From: Gracilinanus agilis
Taxonomy: Eukaryota
Length of the DNA: 64,000 nucleotides
Assembly: GCF_016433145.1 (NCBI RefSeq)
Contig: NC_058134.1
Coordinates: 292,421,770-292,485,769 of the forward strand
Direction: 5' to 3'
In this document: positions 33,421 to 52,725 of the stretch, piece by piece
How the letters are laid out: each line of letters starts with the position of its first letter
Position numbering within the stretch: position 1 is the first letter of the stretch
Notes under the pieces: generated by a model
What the model was told of the DNA's origin: nothing
The model's input: the letters and a program-made list of their open reading frames with translations, nothing else
Database searches by the model: none
Made by a program: the position numbers and the translations under genes

Positions 33421-36400
33421 CTGGGTAGGACAGGAGAGAAAGAGGGATACACTGGGTCAGGCAGGAATCTCCTCCCATTTCACTTGTAATGATGGTTTTC
33501 AAATACAAACTCCTCAACCTTGGTTGGGGTGAAAGACCCCTTCACTAATGGACCTTCTTACCCTTCACATGTTCCTACCCCCACAGATAGTGGCTACTCT
33601 CCTGGCCTGGAGGACCCTCATAGCCACTCCTTGTCTCTTTCCCTGCTGGCTCCCTTCTTCCCCTTGCCTTGGCATTTCCTCCTACCAGAAGATAAAAGCT
33701 GTGGCCAAATGCTTCTCTCTAACTTTCCTCTGACCAGCCCTCTTTCCTGCCACCAGGAAGCCTTCCCAAACTCAGCTCCAACCACCCTAGCATCCCTGTG
33801 GCTGTGTGTGTTTTTAGAGTGAGCCTCTGATTGCAGGAGGAGGGCAAATGAGATGCCTGATTCCTGTGCCCCTCAGATCCAAGGAGGGTGAGGAGCAGCA
33901 GGGAAGGGTACATGAGGTCTGCTCCAGGGTGACACCACTCACTTGTCCACTAGGCCCTTGTGCTTCAGAATGCTGTGCAGCTCTCGAGCTGTCTGGGGCC
34001 CTTGAAGCTTCTGCCCATTCAGCATCTCTTTTTCCAGCTGTTCGATAGACTGTGAAAGAGATAGAGGGAAGGAAGTAAAGAACAGAGGGTCTCAGTGGTC
34101 GGGATCAGATGGAGCCTAATCTCTCAGATGGGGACTTGGGACCCTGGGGAGGAATTGGGGGCGGGGAGAGTATGCCCCAAGCCTCTTCTAGCCTTCCTCC
34201 CCCCCCCCCCCCAGGAGCCTTTCTCCTCCTTCCATCTGCCCTGATGGACCTTCTCCTGCCTGTCAGGACTCCACCTTCTGAGCCCCCACCTTTCCAGTTC
34301 TGGCAAACGCTTCAGCCACTTTTCGGTTCCGGCCCCCATAGCAGGTAGTGATGAGGTCAGCAACCCCACAGCTTTCCAAGAAGGTAGCTGAGGAGACTGG
34401 GCCTTTGCAGAAGAGCTTGGAGAATGCTATCATTTCCATGAGTCCCAGCCGGATCACAGCAGCCTTCGTGTTGTCCCCAAAGCCCAGGCCATCACAGAAG
34501 CCAGCTCCAACAGCAACCACATTCTATGGGAGTTGGGGAACAAATGTCACCTCTTCCCTCCACACCATATGCCCTTCCTCAAACCTGGTCGGAAGAGAGG
34601 GGCCTTACCTTTGGTCACATCTGAGTCATTGCCGGTTCTTAACCAGGGTATGTTAACTAGTGCATGTGGTGTGTTTGCTTTTGCTTTTTAAAAAAAATAT
34701 CTATTCATAACTTTCAATATAATTGGCCTTCTTTGTAATTAAAAAAATTATTGTATGCATTTAAAAATCCAGCTAGGAGGCACAATGGATAGAGCACCAG
34801 GAAGCCGGAAGTTCAGTCTGGCCTTAGGTCCTAGCTGTGTGACCCTGGGCAAGTCACTTCACCCTGTTTGCCTCACTTTCCTCATCTATAAAATGAGCTG
34901 GAGAAGGAATGGCGAACCACTCCAGTATCTCTGCCAAAAAAACCCATAAAAGGCATCATGAAGAGTCAGATGGGACTGAAATGACAGCAGCTGGGAAGGG
35001 GTCTATAAGCTTCCCTACATGGCTAAAGGGTTCCATGACAAAAATGGGTAACTGGGGCCCTAACCTGTTTCCAAAATACTTTATGCTGCCCTGCTGCTGA
35101 ATACGATGACTAGTCCTTTTTCTCTGGGACAGCCTTTCCCAGCTAACCTAGATGGTAGAGTACATAGAGAGTCAGGAAGATTCTGGTTCAGACCTAGCCG
35201 CAGCCACTCACTAGCTGTGTGACTCAGGGCAAGTCCTTAATGATGAATTGAGATAATACAGTATAGTGCTTAGCTCAGTGCCTAGCAGGAACTTAATAAA
35301 TGCTGGTTCTTCTCCTCTAACCAATGCCACTTCAACCTCCTTGCTCTAGAAATCCTTCCCTGATTAATTCACCCCTCTAGCTTTCTGGCTAGATTTCTTC
35401 TAGTCGCCCCTTGCTCTTTTCTTATCTCCAGGACTGTGTCCTTGGTGTGTTCCCTGTCTCTCTCACTAGCCTAAAGCTACTCAAGGACAGAGGCTGAATT
35501 TTCCTCTAAGACAGGGCTGTGGCAAAGGTAAAAAGCAGTGCAGATGAGTGTGGGTGTTTTTCATCTGGGGGGGGGGTGCAGGGGTGTGGGGAGGTGTGGG
35601 GAGGTGTCTACTGGGGATCAGAACAGTTTCCCTGAGTCGCTCCACTGGAATTTTCTCCAGTCTGGAGTCCAGGCAGCCTACAGTTAATCTCATGGATCCC
35701 AATAGGACCCTGAGCCCTTTCCCCCCTTTCACCTTGAGGGCCCCACAGATCTCTACTGTGTCCACTTCTTGCACCACAGTTATTCGGAAATTTGGTGTCT
35801 GCAATAACTCCTTCAGCAGCTGCCCTTGGGCCAGGTCCTTGCAGCCTAAAGGGGAAGGAAGGGATGAGACTGAACAAGAGCTGTCACTTAATGGCAGCTG
35901 TTCTCCCCTCTGCTCCAGACAGAAAGAGGGTAACCCTTTCACTTCCCTTACCCTCCAGGACCCCTCTATCCTCCCCGCTCTGCTGAGCTTAGTATCTTGT
36001 AGCTTAAGCCCTTCCTTAGTATCTTGATGGGGGAAAAGAGATGGGCTGGACTGTAGTGAGAGTAGGGAGAAGAAAGCCTCACCAATGGTGGTTTCACAGA
36101 ATTTCTCATCAGCCACCTCATTGGCAATATTGGCTCCCATCAGCACACTTATAGGGATGTCCAGTCGTTCCTGGATCACCTCAGAGATCAACTTCAGTCC
36201 GTCAGGGCCTTCATCCACACCCTGGGCACAGAAAGGGACTCAGAGCTAGCTTTTGTTTGTTCCACTATCCCAGTGATTCCCAAAGTGGGCGCTACCGCCC
36301 CCTGGTGGGTGCTGCAGTGATCCAGGGAAGCGGTGACGGCTACACTTTTTTTGTATTACATTCCATTCTGAGTTCAATAAATAGTTTCATAATTTCCAGG

Positions 36401-38523
36401 GGGCGCTAAATCATATTTTTTATGGAAAGGGGGTGGGTAGGCCAAAAAAGTTTGGGAACCACTGCACTATCTTGAGTCCCTACCCATGAAGACCATCTCT
36501 CAAAAACTATCATTCAGGAGCCTGCCTCTCATTTAAGATCCTCCTCCCATTCCCAGCTCAGGAACTGGACAAACTTTCCTTAGTCCTTCCCCATAATGCC
36601 CCAAACCAACCCTTCACTCCTCTCCCCCATTTTTCTGGATTTTAATTTTCAAATTGCTGCTCTGGTCCTCACCCCAAGCCCCTCACCACAGCCATTCCTT
36701 CTCCCCCCTCCCTTCATCCCAGGTACCTTGATCAGAGACACCCCAATGGCATCTCCCTTCAGATGACCCTTAAGCTGGTCACAGATTTTGCCAATGAATT
36801 GATGGGGCACCACGAAAACAAGGATGTCTGCATCTGCTGCTGCCTGGATCACATCTGGTACAGCTACCTACAGGAGTGGTAGAGTAGTGCTGACAGGACT
36901 ATTCTGGGGGGGGGCGGGGAGAGTGATGGAGGGAGAAGGGAGCACTGAAACGGGTGCATGGGGGCAGGATTGGGTTTCAGGAGCAGAGCCTAGGAGTTAT
37001 TAGGCTTGAAGAGACAGGCCATTTTCCCAGTCTCCCTCCCCAATAGCTCCAGCTATTTTGGGGGGTAAAAGATTCTTGGAAACAACTTCTGAAACCCAAC
37101 TTGCTCCCAAGCCTCATCTAGGGGCATGACAGGTAACTCCAGAGATGGGCTGGGCTGGAGAAAGCAATTTGGAGGAGTTTCAGGGACCAAAAAATGAGGG
37201 TTCGCAGCTAGGAAGGTCAGAGCCCCAGACAACATGCCCTCCTCCCTCTTTTCAGGGGGAAAATGAAAGACAAATGAGTTTGGCCCGGCTCCTAGAGTCC
37301 ACGGAGCAGTCTCCAAGGTCAGCCACTGGGTAAATGAGTAACAGGATGAAAGCCAGGGGCATTCTCCTGAACCCCAGAGTCTGGAAGCCTGTCCTTGGTT
37401 GCCACAGAGATGAGTTGCTTCAACAACCCCTCCTTTCCTCAGCCAGCCCAGCCCTGGAGCCACCTGATGGAAGTGGGGATTTATCTGGTCATGAGATACC
37501 CCAGGAGATGACAATCGGGGCATGGAGATCCCTTGGACAGACAGGTTCTGCCTCACAGAACTCAGTCACTTTCTGGTTCTAGGGCCAGCTCCTCTGTCCC
37601 TGCTGCCATTCATCTGTCCCCCACCCAACCCTTGAATATGCCTTCACATACTCTGTGCCATCACTGTCCCTGCCCCCATTCATGTTCCCCCACATACTCC
37701 ATGCCTTCACTGTTCCCCTCTCCCCCAGAGTGTGCCCCCGATACTCTGTGCCATCACTGTCCCCACCTCCCTGGAGAGGGCCTCACCACATTGGGCGGCA
37801 GCTTGTGCCCAGGCAGGTATTTGACATTCTCATGCTTCGTGTTAATGATCTCTGTTAGCTTTTGGCCTGAAACTTCCTCCTCAAACACCCACATGGAGAC
37901 CCGAGGGTCAAATCGTGCCAGCTGGGTCACATTGCCACCCACAATCTTGGCAATAGCTGAGCCCCTGAAGAACGGAGGACAGAGTGAGATTGGTGGTGGG
38001 GGACGGCAACTTTCTAAGATCTGCACAGCGGAAGAGGCCATGGGAAGAGCCAGCACCTGTCCTACCAGATGGAGCCCTCCCCCTCCCCAAGGAGTAATGG
38101 GATACTGAACGCTCCAAGAAGTTGAGGAGATGAGTGAGGCTTAGACCTGCTGACTAGGGACAAGCCCCACGTTCCAGAGTCATATCTTCCTGCTGGCACC
38201 CCGCCAGAACTTAAGACAATCAGATGTTGGTGGGGAAGAAAAGTGGAGGGGGCTTCTTTTCTGTGGGGACACTGGCACACCCGGAGCAGCCTGAAGCCCG
38301 TCCTGCCATTCTTGCTCAGAAGGCGACCACAGGGCTGTTGGGGCAGCTGCTGGGGCCAAGGCCGGGCAGAGGGTGTTTCCTCCCCTCTCCTCTCAAACCC
38401 TGGACCCTCACATATCCAGGGCATCGGCCCCAGTCATATCCCTCCCTTCACCCCCACCACAGTCTTCAGCAGGGGCTCTTACCAGTTGCCTGAGCCCACG
38501 ATGCAGACCTTCTTGCCAGCCAT
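33324..38523 (-). CDS. GPD1: Glycerol-3-phosphate dehydrogenase 1 (cytosolic, NAD+), complete 8-exon CDS, 1050 nt / 349 aa
   Basis: [23 protein letters not shown] (Rossmann motif)...[16 protein letters not shown]...[13 protein letters not shown]...CLQNHPEHM*; exon sizes 41/178/141/139/113/234/107/97. Confidence 0.98.
33943..34049 (-). CDS. GPD1: GPD1 exon 7 (107 nt)
   Basis: cacag|TCT ATC...GAC AA|gtgagt; [35 protein letters not shown]. Confidence 0.96.
34290..34523 (-). CDS. GPD1: GPD1 exon 6 (234 nt)
   Basis: catag|AAT GTG...GGA AAG|gtgggg; [22 protein letters not shown]...[18 protein letters not shown]. Confidence 0.97.
34778..35000 (+). mobile_element. MIR/MAR1 core SINE in GPD1 intron 5
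   Basis: gctgtgtgaccctgggcaagtcacttcaccctgtttgcctcactttcctcatctataaaatgagctggagaagg. Confidence 0.85.
35733..35845 (-). CDS. GPD1: GPD1 exon 5 (113 nt)
   Basis: tttag|GC TGC...CTC AAG|gtgaaa; [37 protein letters not shown]. Confidence 0.96.
36083..36221 (-). CDS. GPD1: GPD1 exon 4 (139 nt)
   Basis: cccag|GGT GTG GAT...ATT G|gtgagg; [15 protein letters not shown]...[18 protein letters not shown]. Confidence 0.96.
36271..36464 (-). mobile_element. hAT MITE (194 bp), same family as 23798-23961, TSD cactatcc/cactatct
   Basis: TIRs cagtgattcccaaa ... tttgggaaccactg; 7/8 TSD; in GPD1 intron 3. Confidence 0.88.
36727..36867 (-). CDS. GPD1: GPD1 exon 3 (141 nt)
   Basis: tgtag|GTA GCT...ATC AAG|gtacct; [24 protein letters not shown]...SLIK. 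Confidence 0.96.
37648..37770. repeat. Degenerate 46-47 bp minisatellite (3 copies) in GPD1 intron 2
   Basis: atactc(t/c)(g/a)tgcc(a/t)tcactg starts at 37648, 37694 and 37741. Confidence 0.8.
37787..37964 (-). CDS. GPD1: GPD1 exon 2 (178 nt)
   Basis: ttcag|G GGC TCA...AAT GTG|gtgagg; [30 protein letters not shown]...HKLPPNV. Confidence 0.96.
38483..38523 (-). CDS. GPD1: GPD1 exon 1 coding (41 nt)
   Basis: ATG GCT GGC AAG...AAC TG|gtaaga; [14 protein letters not shown]. Confidence 0.96.
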
Positions 38524-38588
38524 GGTCCAGCCTCCCTGTCTGGACCTGCTCTGTGCCACACTGCCCTGCTTCTCCGTCTGCTGGGAGC

Positions 38589-38594
38589 ATTTAA
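38589..38594 (-). promoter_or_regulatory. TATA-like element (TTAAAT) upstream of GPD1
   Basis: About 66 nt upstream of the ATG in an otherwise GC-rich stretch. Confidence 0.35.
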
Positions 38595-39849
38595 CCATGG
38601 CCCGACGGGGCAGCCAAGCTCCACCCCTCAAGAGGGGGTGGGAGTGAGGAAGAGGGAGCGTCCAGCAGGGACAGGGAGGAACAGAGAGAGGAGGGGACAG
38701 GGAATCGGGACAGAGACTAATCTCAATCTCCCTCTCCCCTCGCCTGGCATCCTAGGAGAGCTGGCTTGTTAAGGGAGGGACAGAGGTTCTTCTTTCCTTC
38801 AGCAGATCCAGGAAACACACCTTTTCAGACCATCTGCCACCCCTTTATTATTCCTAACACTGCCTGGCGTACCCTGTGGCTTTAGGGTCAGGGGACCCCC
38901 AAAGTGGCAGGGCCCATCTTCCAAAGGAGCTAGAGCTGTAACAGGCCTGGCTTCTCAACTAACACACCAAAGATGACTGAGGCATTCTGGCCTCAGATGG
39001 GCAAGTCTTCAAGGGCTGAGTGAGGGCCCCACAGAGAGAGCTCACCTTTGGTTTGGGGATGACAGGTTAGAAAGATCCTGAGGCCTGGCAGGAGGTCAGT
39101 CAATTTTCGCCCTCCCCCGCCCCATACACGACTCTGGACAGACCTGGAGCTCTGAGGGGAGCAGGTGAAGCTGTGACACCATCCCCACAGGTGGCATGGC
39201 TGCCAGTTCTATCCCTACCCTGGCACTCCCACACATTTCCTCTAGAGCGCCCGTGTGGAGTGTCAGGAGGCAGGCAAGAAAGTGTTCTGCAGGGCCAAGT
39301 CTGCACTCACATTGCCCTGTTTGGTTAAGTGGGAACAAAGGTTCCCAAGCTCCTTGGAGAGGAAGGGTCGGGGTGCTCTTGAGCACAGCTGCCTTTGCAC
39401 TTTGGCCCAGAAGGCAGACCTGGCTCCAGCTCCAGCAGCTTTGGCAGGTTCTTCTCTGCTGGGCTGCTGCTAGATAAGAACTGGAGGCAGCAAGGAGAAC
39501 AGGGGAGGTGAAGGTTCACAATGGAGGGAAGCGCGTGCTATTGCTAAATCCTAGAAGAGGGATCTATGGAGACAGACACACCGCAGAAGAGAACTCATCC
39601 CAGGGGCACAAAATTTCCCCGAAGCTCGAAAACTCCAGGCCAGCTTCCTGCCCAGAGCTCTTCCCCCATCTTCCTCCTGGCACAGAGAGGACAGGCTGGC
39701 AGCAGAAGCCGAGCACCAGCTGGAACCACTGGAGGATAGGCCAAGGCAGCACTATTGTGTCCCTGAATGTTTGCTTCCCAGGGTCAGAAGCACCACAGAA
39801 TGGAGGTGAATCTCAACCTCTGGATCCATTCCACAGTGGCATGTTTTGC

Positions 39850-40005
39850 CACTAGAGGCGGCTCAGGGTCTGGAGTCAGGAAGGCCCGAGTTCAAATTCA
39901 ACTTCAGACACTTAGCTGTGTCACTCTGCTTGCCCTGGTATCCTTGACAATCACTACCTCACAGGGTTGCTGTGAATCAAATGTTTATAAAAATGCTTAG
40001 TACAC
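39850..40005 (+). mobile_element. MIR
   Basis: ctggagtcaggaaggcccgagttcaaattc...agctgtgtcac...acctcacagggttgctgtga. Confidence 0.7.
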
Positions 40006-40334
40006 AGTAGAGCTCTACACTTACTGCCTTTGCTCCACTTCATGGCCAAGATGCCTTGCTCATCTGATTCCTTCATTCCCCCTCAGAGAAGATGGGGCAG
40101 GGATATGATAAAGAGGACACAGAAGTCAGGACAGCCATGTCACAAGTCTAGTTTCTATTAATTAATGCTAGGCCTCCTTAAAAGGACTACAAAATTATTT
40201 ATCTGCAGCCAAGAAAATATTCAGAGAAGGCAAGTGCCCTGTTCAATGTCCTTCCTGCCAAGCTATGGGCCCTGCCTCCCTGTTCAGACCCAAGCAGGTT
40301 CCGAGATTGGATTAGGAATTATAAACTCACATTG

Positions 40335-40560
40335 TTGTGCAGTCATGTCTGATTGTGACACCATTTGGGGATTTCTTGGTAAAGATCCTGGTTTGCCATT
40401 TCCTTCTCTAGCTCATTTTGTCGATGGGGAACTTGAGGTACACAGGGTTAAGTGACTTGACCAAGCTTACTCAGTAGAGAAAGCTTCTTTGGATTTTAAT
40501 TCAGGTAGATGGATCTTCCTGACTCCAAACCTAGTGCTCCATCTACTGAGCCATCTGGCT
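40335..40560 (-). mobile_element. MIR/MAR1 core SINE
   Basis: ttgtgcagtcatgtctg...ggtttgccatttccttctc...gggttaagtgacttgacc. Confidence 0.75.
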
Positions 40561-40958
40561 ACTCATAATCTAATAGATCCCAGCTTAACTGCACAGGAAT
40601 TTATAGTTCCCTCCTAATTCGGGGAAGCAGAGATCACAAAAGTTCCCTAACTATAGCCAATCCCTTTTCTCCTTCCAGCAAGCCTGGGACCAAACTGACT
40701 GGCGGAGGGAAAGCCCAGGACCATCTTCTAAATAACTGAGTTTACTGTAGGGAATCTCGTTGCAGGTTAATGTCCTTTGGGGCTCAATTACCCTTGAGGG
40801 ATCCTTCTGGCCCGAGTGCTTGGTTCACTTTATAGAATAAAAAATAACAGCTTACTATCCCCAACCCCAGATCCTCTGGCCATAAAAAGAGAATCCTTAG
40901 GAGGGAGGCAAGGAAAGCAAAGGAGAGGCCACCCAGGAGCACGAAGAGGACCTGGTGA

Positions 40959-41054
40959 GCAAGGCTTGATGGATGGATGGACGGACAGACAGACACACAC
41001 ACACACACCTGGCAAGCAAGGCTTGATGGATGGACACACACACACACACACACC
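40959..41054. repeat. Two-copy duplication (period 57) of gcaaggcttgatggatgga plus (CA)n
   Basis: Units start at 40959 and 41016. Confidence 0.8.
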
Positions 41055-41435
41055 AGCTAATTCCAGAAGTTCAAAGTTGGGTGTCCTAGGGAGTCAAAGG
41101 CTTCCAATGAACCTGGGAAAGGTCAATGTAGAAAAGCAAACTGTGAAGAGACAGGAGCTGGCATAAGCCACAGGCCTCCCCAGATGTTAAGAACCTCTGG
41201 AAAGACTGACAGGGAGGACCAGGAAACAGGTTATGACAACCCCCAAAACTCCCTTCCATACCTGAAAATGAACCCTGGGGAGTTATCTTAGGCTTCCTAC
41301 TGTACCAAGTTCCCTTTCCCTGAAGAGCAATCCATAGAAAACAGAGGCTGTGAGCATGGTAATCGGTACTAGAGGACATGAGATCAAAGAGGAATTCTCT
41401 ATCAAGAAGGGGAAGCCCATCCTTCAGAAGATGCT

Positions 41436-41441
41436 TTTATT
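41436..41441 (-). terminator. AATAAA polyadenylation signal of SMARCD1
   Basis: tttatt on + strand about 1.54 kb past the stop. Confidence 0.65.
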
Positions 41442-42978
41442 AAAACTGGGTGACATCTATAAGGGGACAGTACAAAAAAAATTTTGGTCCATGAAAAAAC
41501 ATAATATTCAGTTAATAAAAAGTTATCTGCAACAGGGACACTGCCTAAGTGGTGGGAGGAAGGCCGGTGTCTGAGCTTCCTTCACACAGTCCTGGCCAGG
41601 AGTGGGGCCAGGGCTCAGCCGCCTGCCCCCCACAGAGGTCTGTGAGGTGTCATCGTAGTGGTGGAAGGGAAGCTTTTCAGAGGGACACGGAGCAGGCACG
41701 GAGGGATACTCGCAGGAGCCTGAGGAGGGGTGGGGAGGCAGGAGTCTGTCAGTTCTGGGGGTTTTGGAGCCGACGCCAAACCTTCTGCCCCTTCTGCACC
41801 TGGCTCTCTCCCACCCTGCTGTGTTGAGTCTGCGAGCCTGAGATATGCTAACTTAAGGGGGGAAATTCAACCTGGAAAAGGAATATGGGGTTTTCCTGGA
41901 AAGATACAAAACCATCTCAGCTCCACTGGGCCAGGCTCCTTGGTCCTGCTGCTTACCTGAGGGGCTGAAGGATTTCGGTTGGGGTCATGGGTAGAGTCAC
42001 AAACCCAACAAAGAGCCGCTCTCCAGCCCTCGGCTCCCCTCGTTACCCGGGCCCCAGCCCCACTACAGGAGCTGACTAAAGGGGCAAGGGGCAGGGAAAG
42101 ATAGCCGAGGGCTTTGATCCATTGGGTTTGAGCTGGATTTCTCTACAAGGGACGAGGCTGTGTGGGAGGGGTGGTGGCCACATCTCCAGGCAATGGCTGG
42201 AACGGTTGCCTTGCTGGCAGTGACAACACACGAGGGAATGGATGTGGGGAAAAGGCAGGGCTCCCAGCCCAAATGCCCTGGCTTAGGAGGAATCCTAAGG
42301 AAAAGCAGCAGCTAGAGGGAGTGTGCCAGGTGGGAGCAGCAGTCAGGGAACAAACTCTAATACTGATGTGAACCCCTGGGGAGGGGGGGGGGTCAGGGAA
42401 GAGCTGAGCCAGCAGGCCATCCTAGGCTACAACCAGGCCAAATAGTCTAAAGGTTCCCTTGGGTCCCTGAATATCCCATTAAGATAAGAGTTTGTACCAA
42501 ACTGATGAAAGGAAAGAAAATGGGATTCTATGTAGGGACAACCAAAACCAATTAACTTAAAGAATGCCCCCAGGTCCAGACCTGGGCAAAGGGGCTATGG
42601 CCCTCAAGTCCTGGGTCTCATAAGGGCAAGATCAGCTTAGTTGTTTCCCTTGAAGATCACTTGGCCTTGGGCCCAATCCATTCAGAGCATTGATTACCAC
42701 TATAAGTTCTCTCACTAATACTAACTAGAGGTCCTATGTAGACCAGGAAAAGGGAGAGGCACATGGGAGTTTTTCGAGGCAAAGGGGAGGTGAAGAGATT
42801 GGGGAGGAGAGAATATTTGTCTCGAGACAGAAATGTGGGACCCTCTTCATCTTGGTGTCATCCTTCAACCAGCAGCTTCCCCTTGGATCCCCAAGCAAGA
42901 CTAGGGCAGGTGCTAGAGGGAGGCACGAGAGCCTAAACGAAGAATTGGCGTGGCCAGGCTGAGGATGTAGGAGGGGCT

Positions 42979-50429
<7,451 letters not shown>

Positions 50430-51289
50430 CTATGAAGTGGGCTAACTGGGGCTTCCTTCACAAGGTCCAAGAAAAGGACAAGAGATCTGCCCAAGGTAAA
50501 TTTTTATCTAGGCTAACCCCAACAATTTCAGGGTTCACTTCCAGTTCCTTTAATAAACGAAGATGCTTCCTTGTTATGCGGGCTTGGAGATTTCCTTTGT
50601 TACCTGTTCCCCTCAAGTCTCCTAATTTCTTTTTTTTTTGCCTAATTTCTTTTTGCCTAATTTCTTTTCCAGTTGAACTCTTTTTTGAAAACTATCCCTT
50701 CAACAGTCATCAGGACTGTTAGGAACACCCCACTCCTACTCCCATCCCCATCCCACTTAAATTCCTAATCTTGTATGCCAGGCCTTGCTTTTCACCAGGT
50801 CTTTCATTACTGTTCCACAATTTTTCACTAATTCCATACCTTTCCAATTAAATTGAACCACAGGCTGTTAAGAGTTAGGCTGAACTTGGCTGAAAACAGA
50901 CTCCCTAATTTTAACAAGGAGGAAGCTGAGCTGCTAAGGAGTTAAGGGACATACCAGAGGTATGTAGGAAATCAGTCCTGTTGGGAGCTGGACAGGACCT
51001 ACAGATGAGGAAGCTGAGGTCAAAAGGGCTAAGATAACTTTCCCAAGATCACATAGGTACAAAGTGGCAGGCCCAGGATTTGAACCTATGTCCTCTGCCC
51101 ACTGTCTAGAATCTTCTCTCATGTTCCAGGCCTCTCCCTGACCCCACACCGGGATGGAGATGGAGCCAGGCCCGGAAGCAGCTGGTTCTGCTGCTCACTC
51201 CACTCTCCAGAGCTGTCCCACCACGAGGACCTCACACCCCATCCTCCCCTCCCGCCTTGTGGGTACCAATATACAGCCCCGTACTCCTC

Positions 51290-51870
51290 CATCTTAATAC
51301 CCCGCTCGCGCCCCCCCCCCCNNNNNNNNNNNNNNNNNNNNNNNNNNNNNNNNNNNNNNNNNNNNNNNNNNNNNNNNNNNNNNNNNNNNNNNNNNNNNNN
51401 NNNNNNNNNNNNNNNNNNNNNNNNNNNNNNNNNNNNNNNNNNNNNNNNNNNNNNNNNNNNNNNNNNNNNNNNNNNNNNNNNNNNNNNNNNNNNNNNNNNN
51501 NNNNNNNNNNNNNNNNNNNNNNNNNNNNNNNNNNNNNNNNNNNNNNNNNNNNNNNNNNNNNNNNNNNNNNNNNNNNNNNNNNNCCGGAACCGGAACTCCC
51601 CCCTTTCTCGGCCCCTCTCCCTCGCCCCCCGCCCCCGCCCCCCTCGGCCCGATCTCCGGGGCTTGCCCGGGCCCGGGACGGAGAGGTTTCGCGAGGCCGC
51701 GAGCTAGAGGGGGCGGCGGGAAGAGCGAGGCGGGCGGCCCCCTCCCTCTAGCCTCCTAGCCGCTGGAGGAGAAACCAGCGAGAAGAGGCGGCGGGGGAGA
51801 GAGGCCCCGAACTGCGCCCCCTGCAGGCCGGAGGGCGCCCGTGGCTGGAGCCGTCCAGGCATGAATGCCG
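51290..51870 (-). promoter_or_regulatory. CpG island: SMARCD1 promoter, 5'UTR and exon 1 region (partly gapped)
   Basis: Very high GC and CpG on both sides of the gap; GC boxes and ccggaa repeats. Confidence 0.8.
51322..51583. other. Assembly gap (262 N), expected to contain SMARCD1 coding exon 1
   Basis: Run of N; exon 1 coding sequence and its donor are absent from the flanks. Confidence 0.9.
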
Positions 51871-52725
51871 GAGCCTGGGGCAGCTCTAGTCACTTCTCAA
51901 AAAGCTTTGGTTCTCGTTCTGGGAAGGACACGAACTCCCTTTGTGCAGAGAAGGAAACTGAGGCTCGCCAGGCTATCGCGTCTTCTTATCTTCAAGCAGC
52001 CCTGGGGAAGCCTGCGCTGGCATTCCCCCGTTTTATAGAAGAGGAAACTAAGGCATACAGGTGAAGAGAGGCCTACGGTCGCCTCATTCCCCGTACTCTG
52101 CTTGGCCTAGATCGAAGACTGGTTTCCTTCGAGGCCATGAAAGATCCTCCATGCCAGACTGTATTAATTCTGGCAGGACCTTGGTGAGGGGAAAGTGCTT
52201 TAGAGAACTGATGGAGAAATCCAGCGATGCCCAAGGGCACTCTGCCAATAAATGGGCCACTTGGAATATGAATTGCATCTCTTTGGTATCCCAACTTGGT
52301 GTTTTTTCAAAGACCAGTCAGGCATCTCACCAGCAGCTGACCTTTGGCTCTGCTGCCTCTCCAGCTTTGCCATAGCCTCCACTTCTCCCAATAGAGCACT
52401 AGTCTTTGAGTCACAAAGACCCATTCAGAATGGGGCCTCCAACACTTTCTGGGCACCCTAAGCGGATCACTTGGTTTCCATTGAAATGAAGAGATTGATT
52501 TTTAAAAAACAGTATAAAGTTCATGTAGATACTGATATTTAACCTAGACCCACACTACTTCAAGTAGAGCCTTTCTTGGGGAATCTCCCACCTCCTCCCT
52601 CCTGACGCACTGGTGCCAAACCCAGTTAGTGTTCTAAGTTCCGAGCCCAGTGTCAGGTGGTATTCAACACATACAATGAATGAACAATTAATAACAAACA
52701 CTGAGGGGAGATGTTTGAAACCCAT

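Noticed and set aside
34050-34289. GPD1 intron 6 is 240 nt (multiple of 3)
   Set aside because: An in-frame stop occurs after 8 codons, so retention is not frame-preserving
37533-38108. 191-aa and similar antisense ORFs over GPD1, SMARCD1 and ASIC1 exons
   Set aside because: Shadow ORFs of GC-rich coding exons and the minisatellite
51257-51751. ORFs spanning N runs (also 59338-59613, 61310-61669)
   Set aside because: Artefacts of translating gaps
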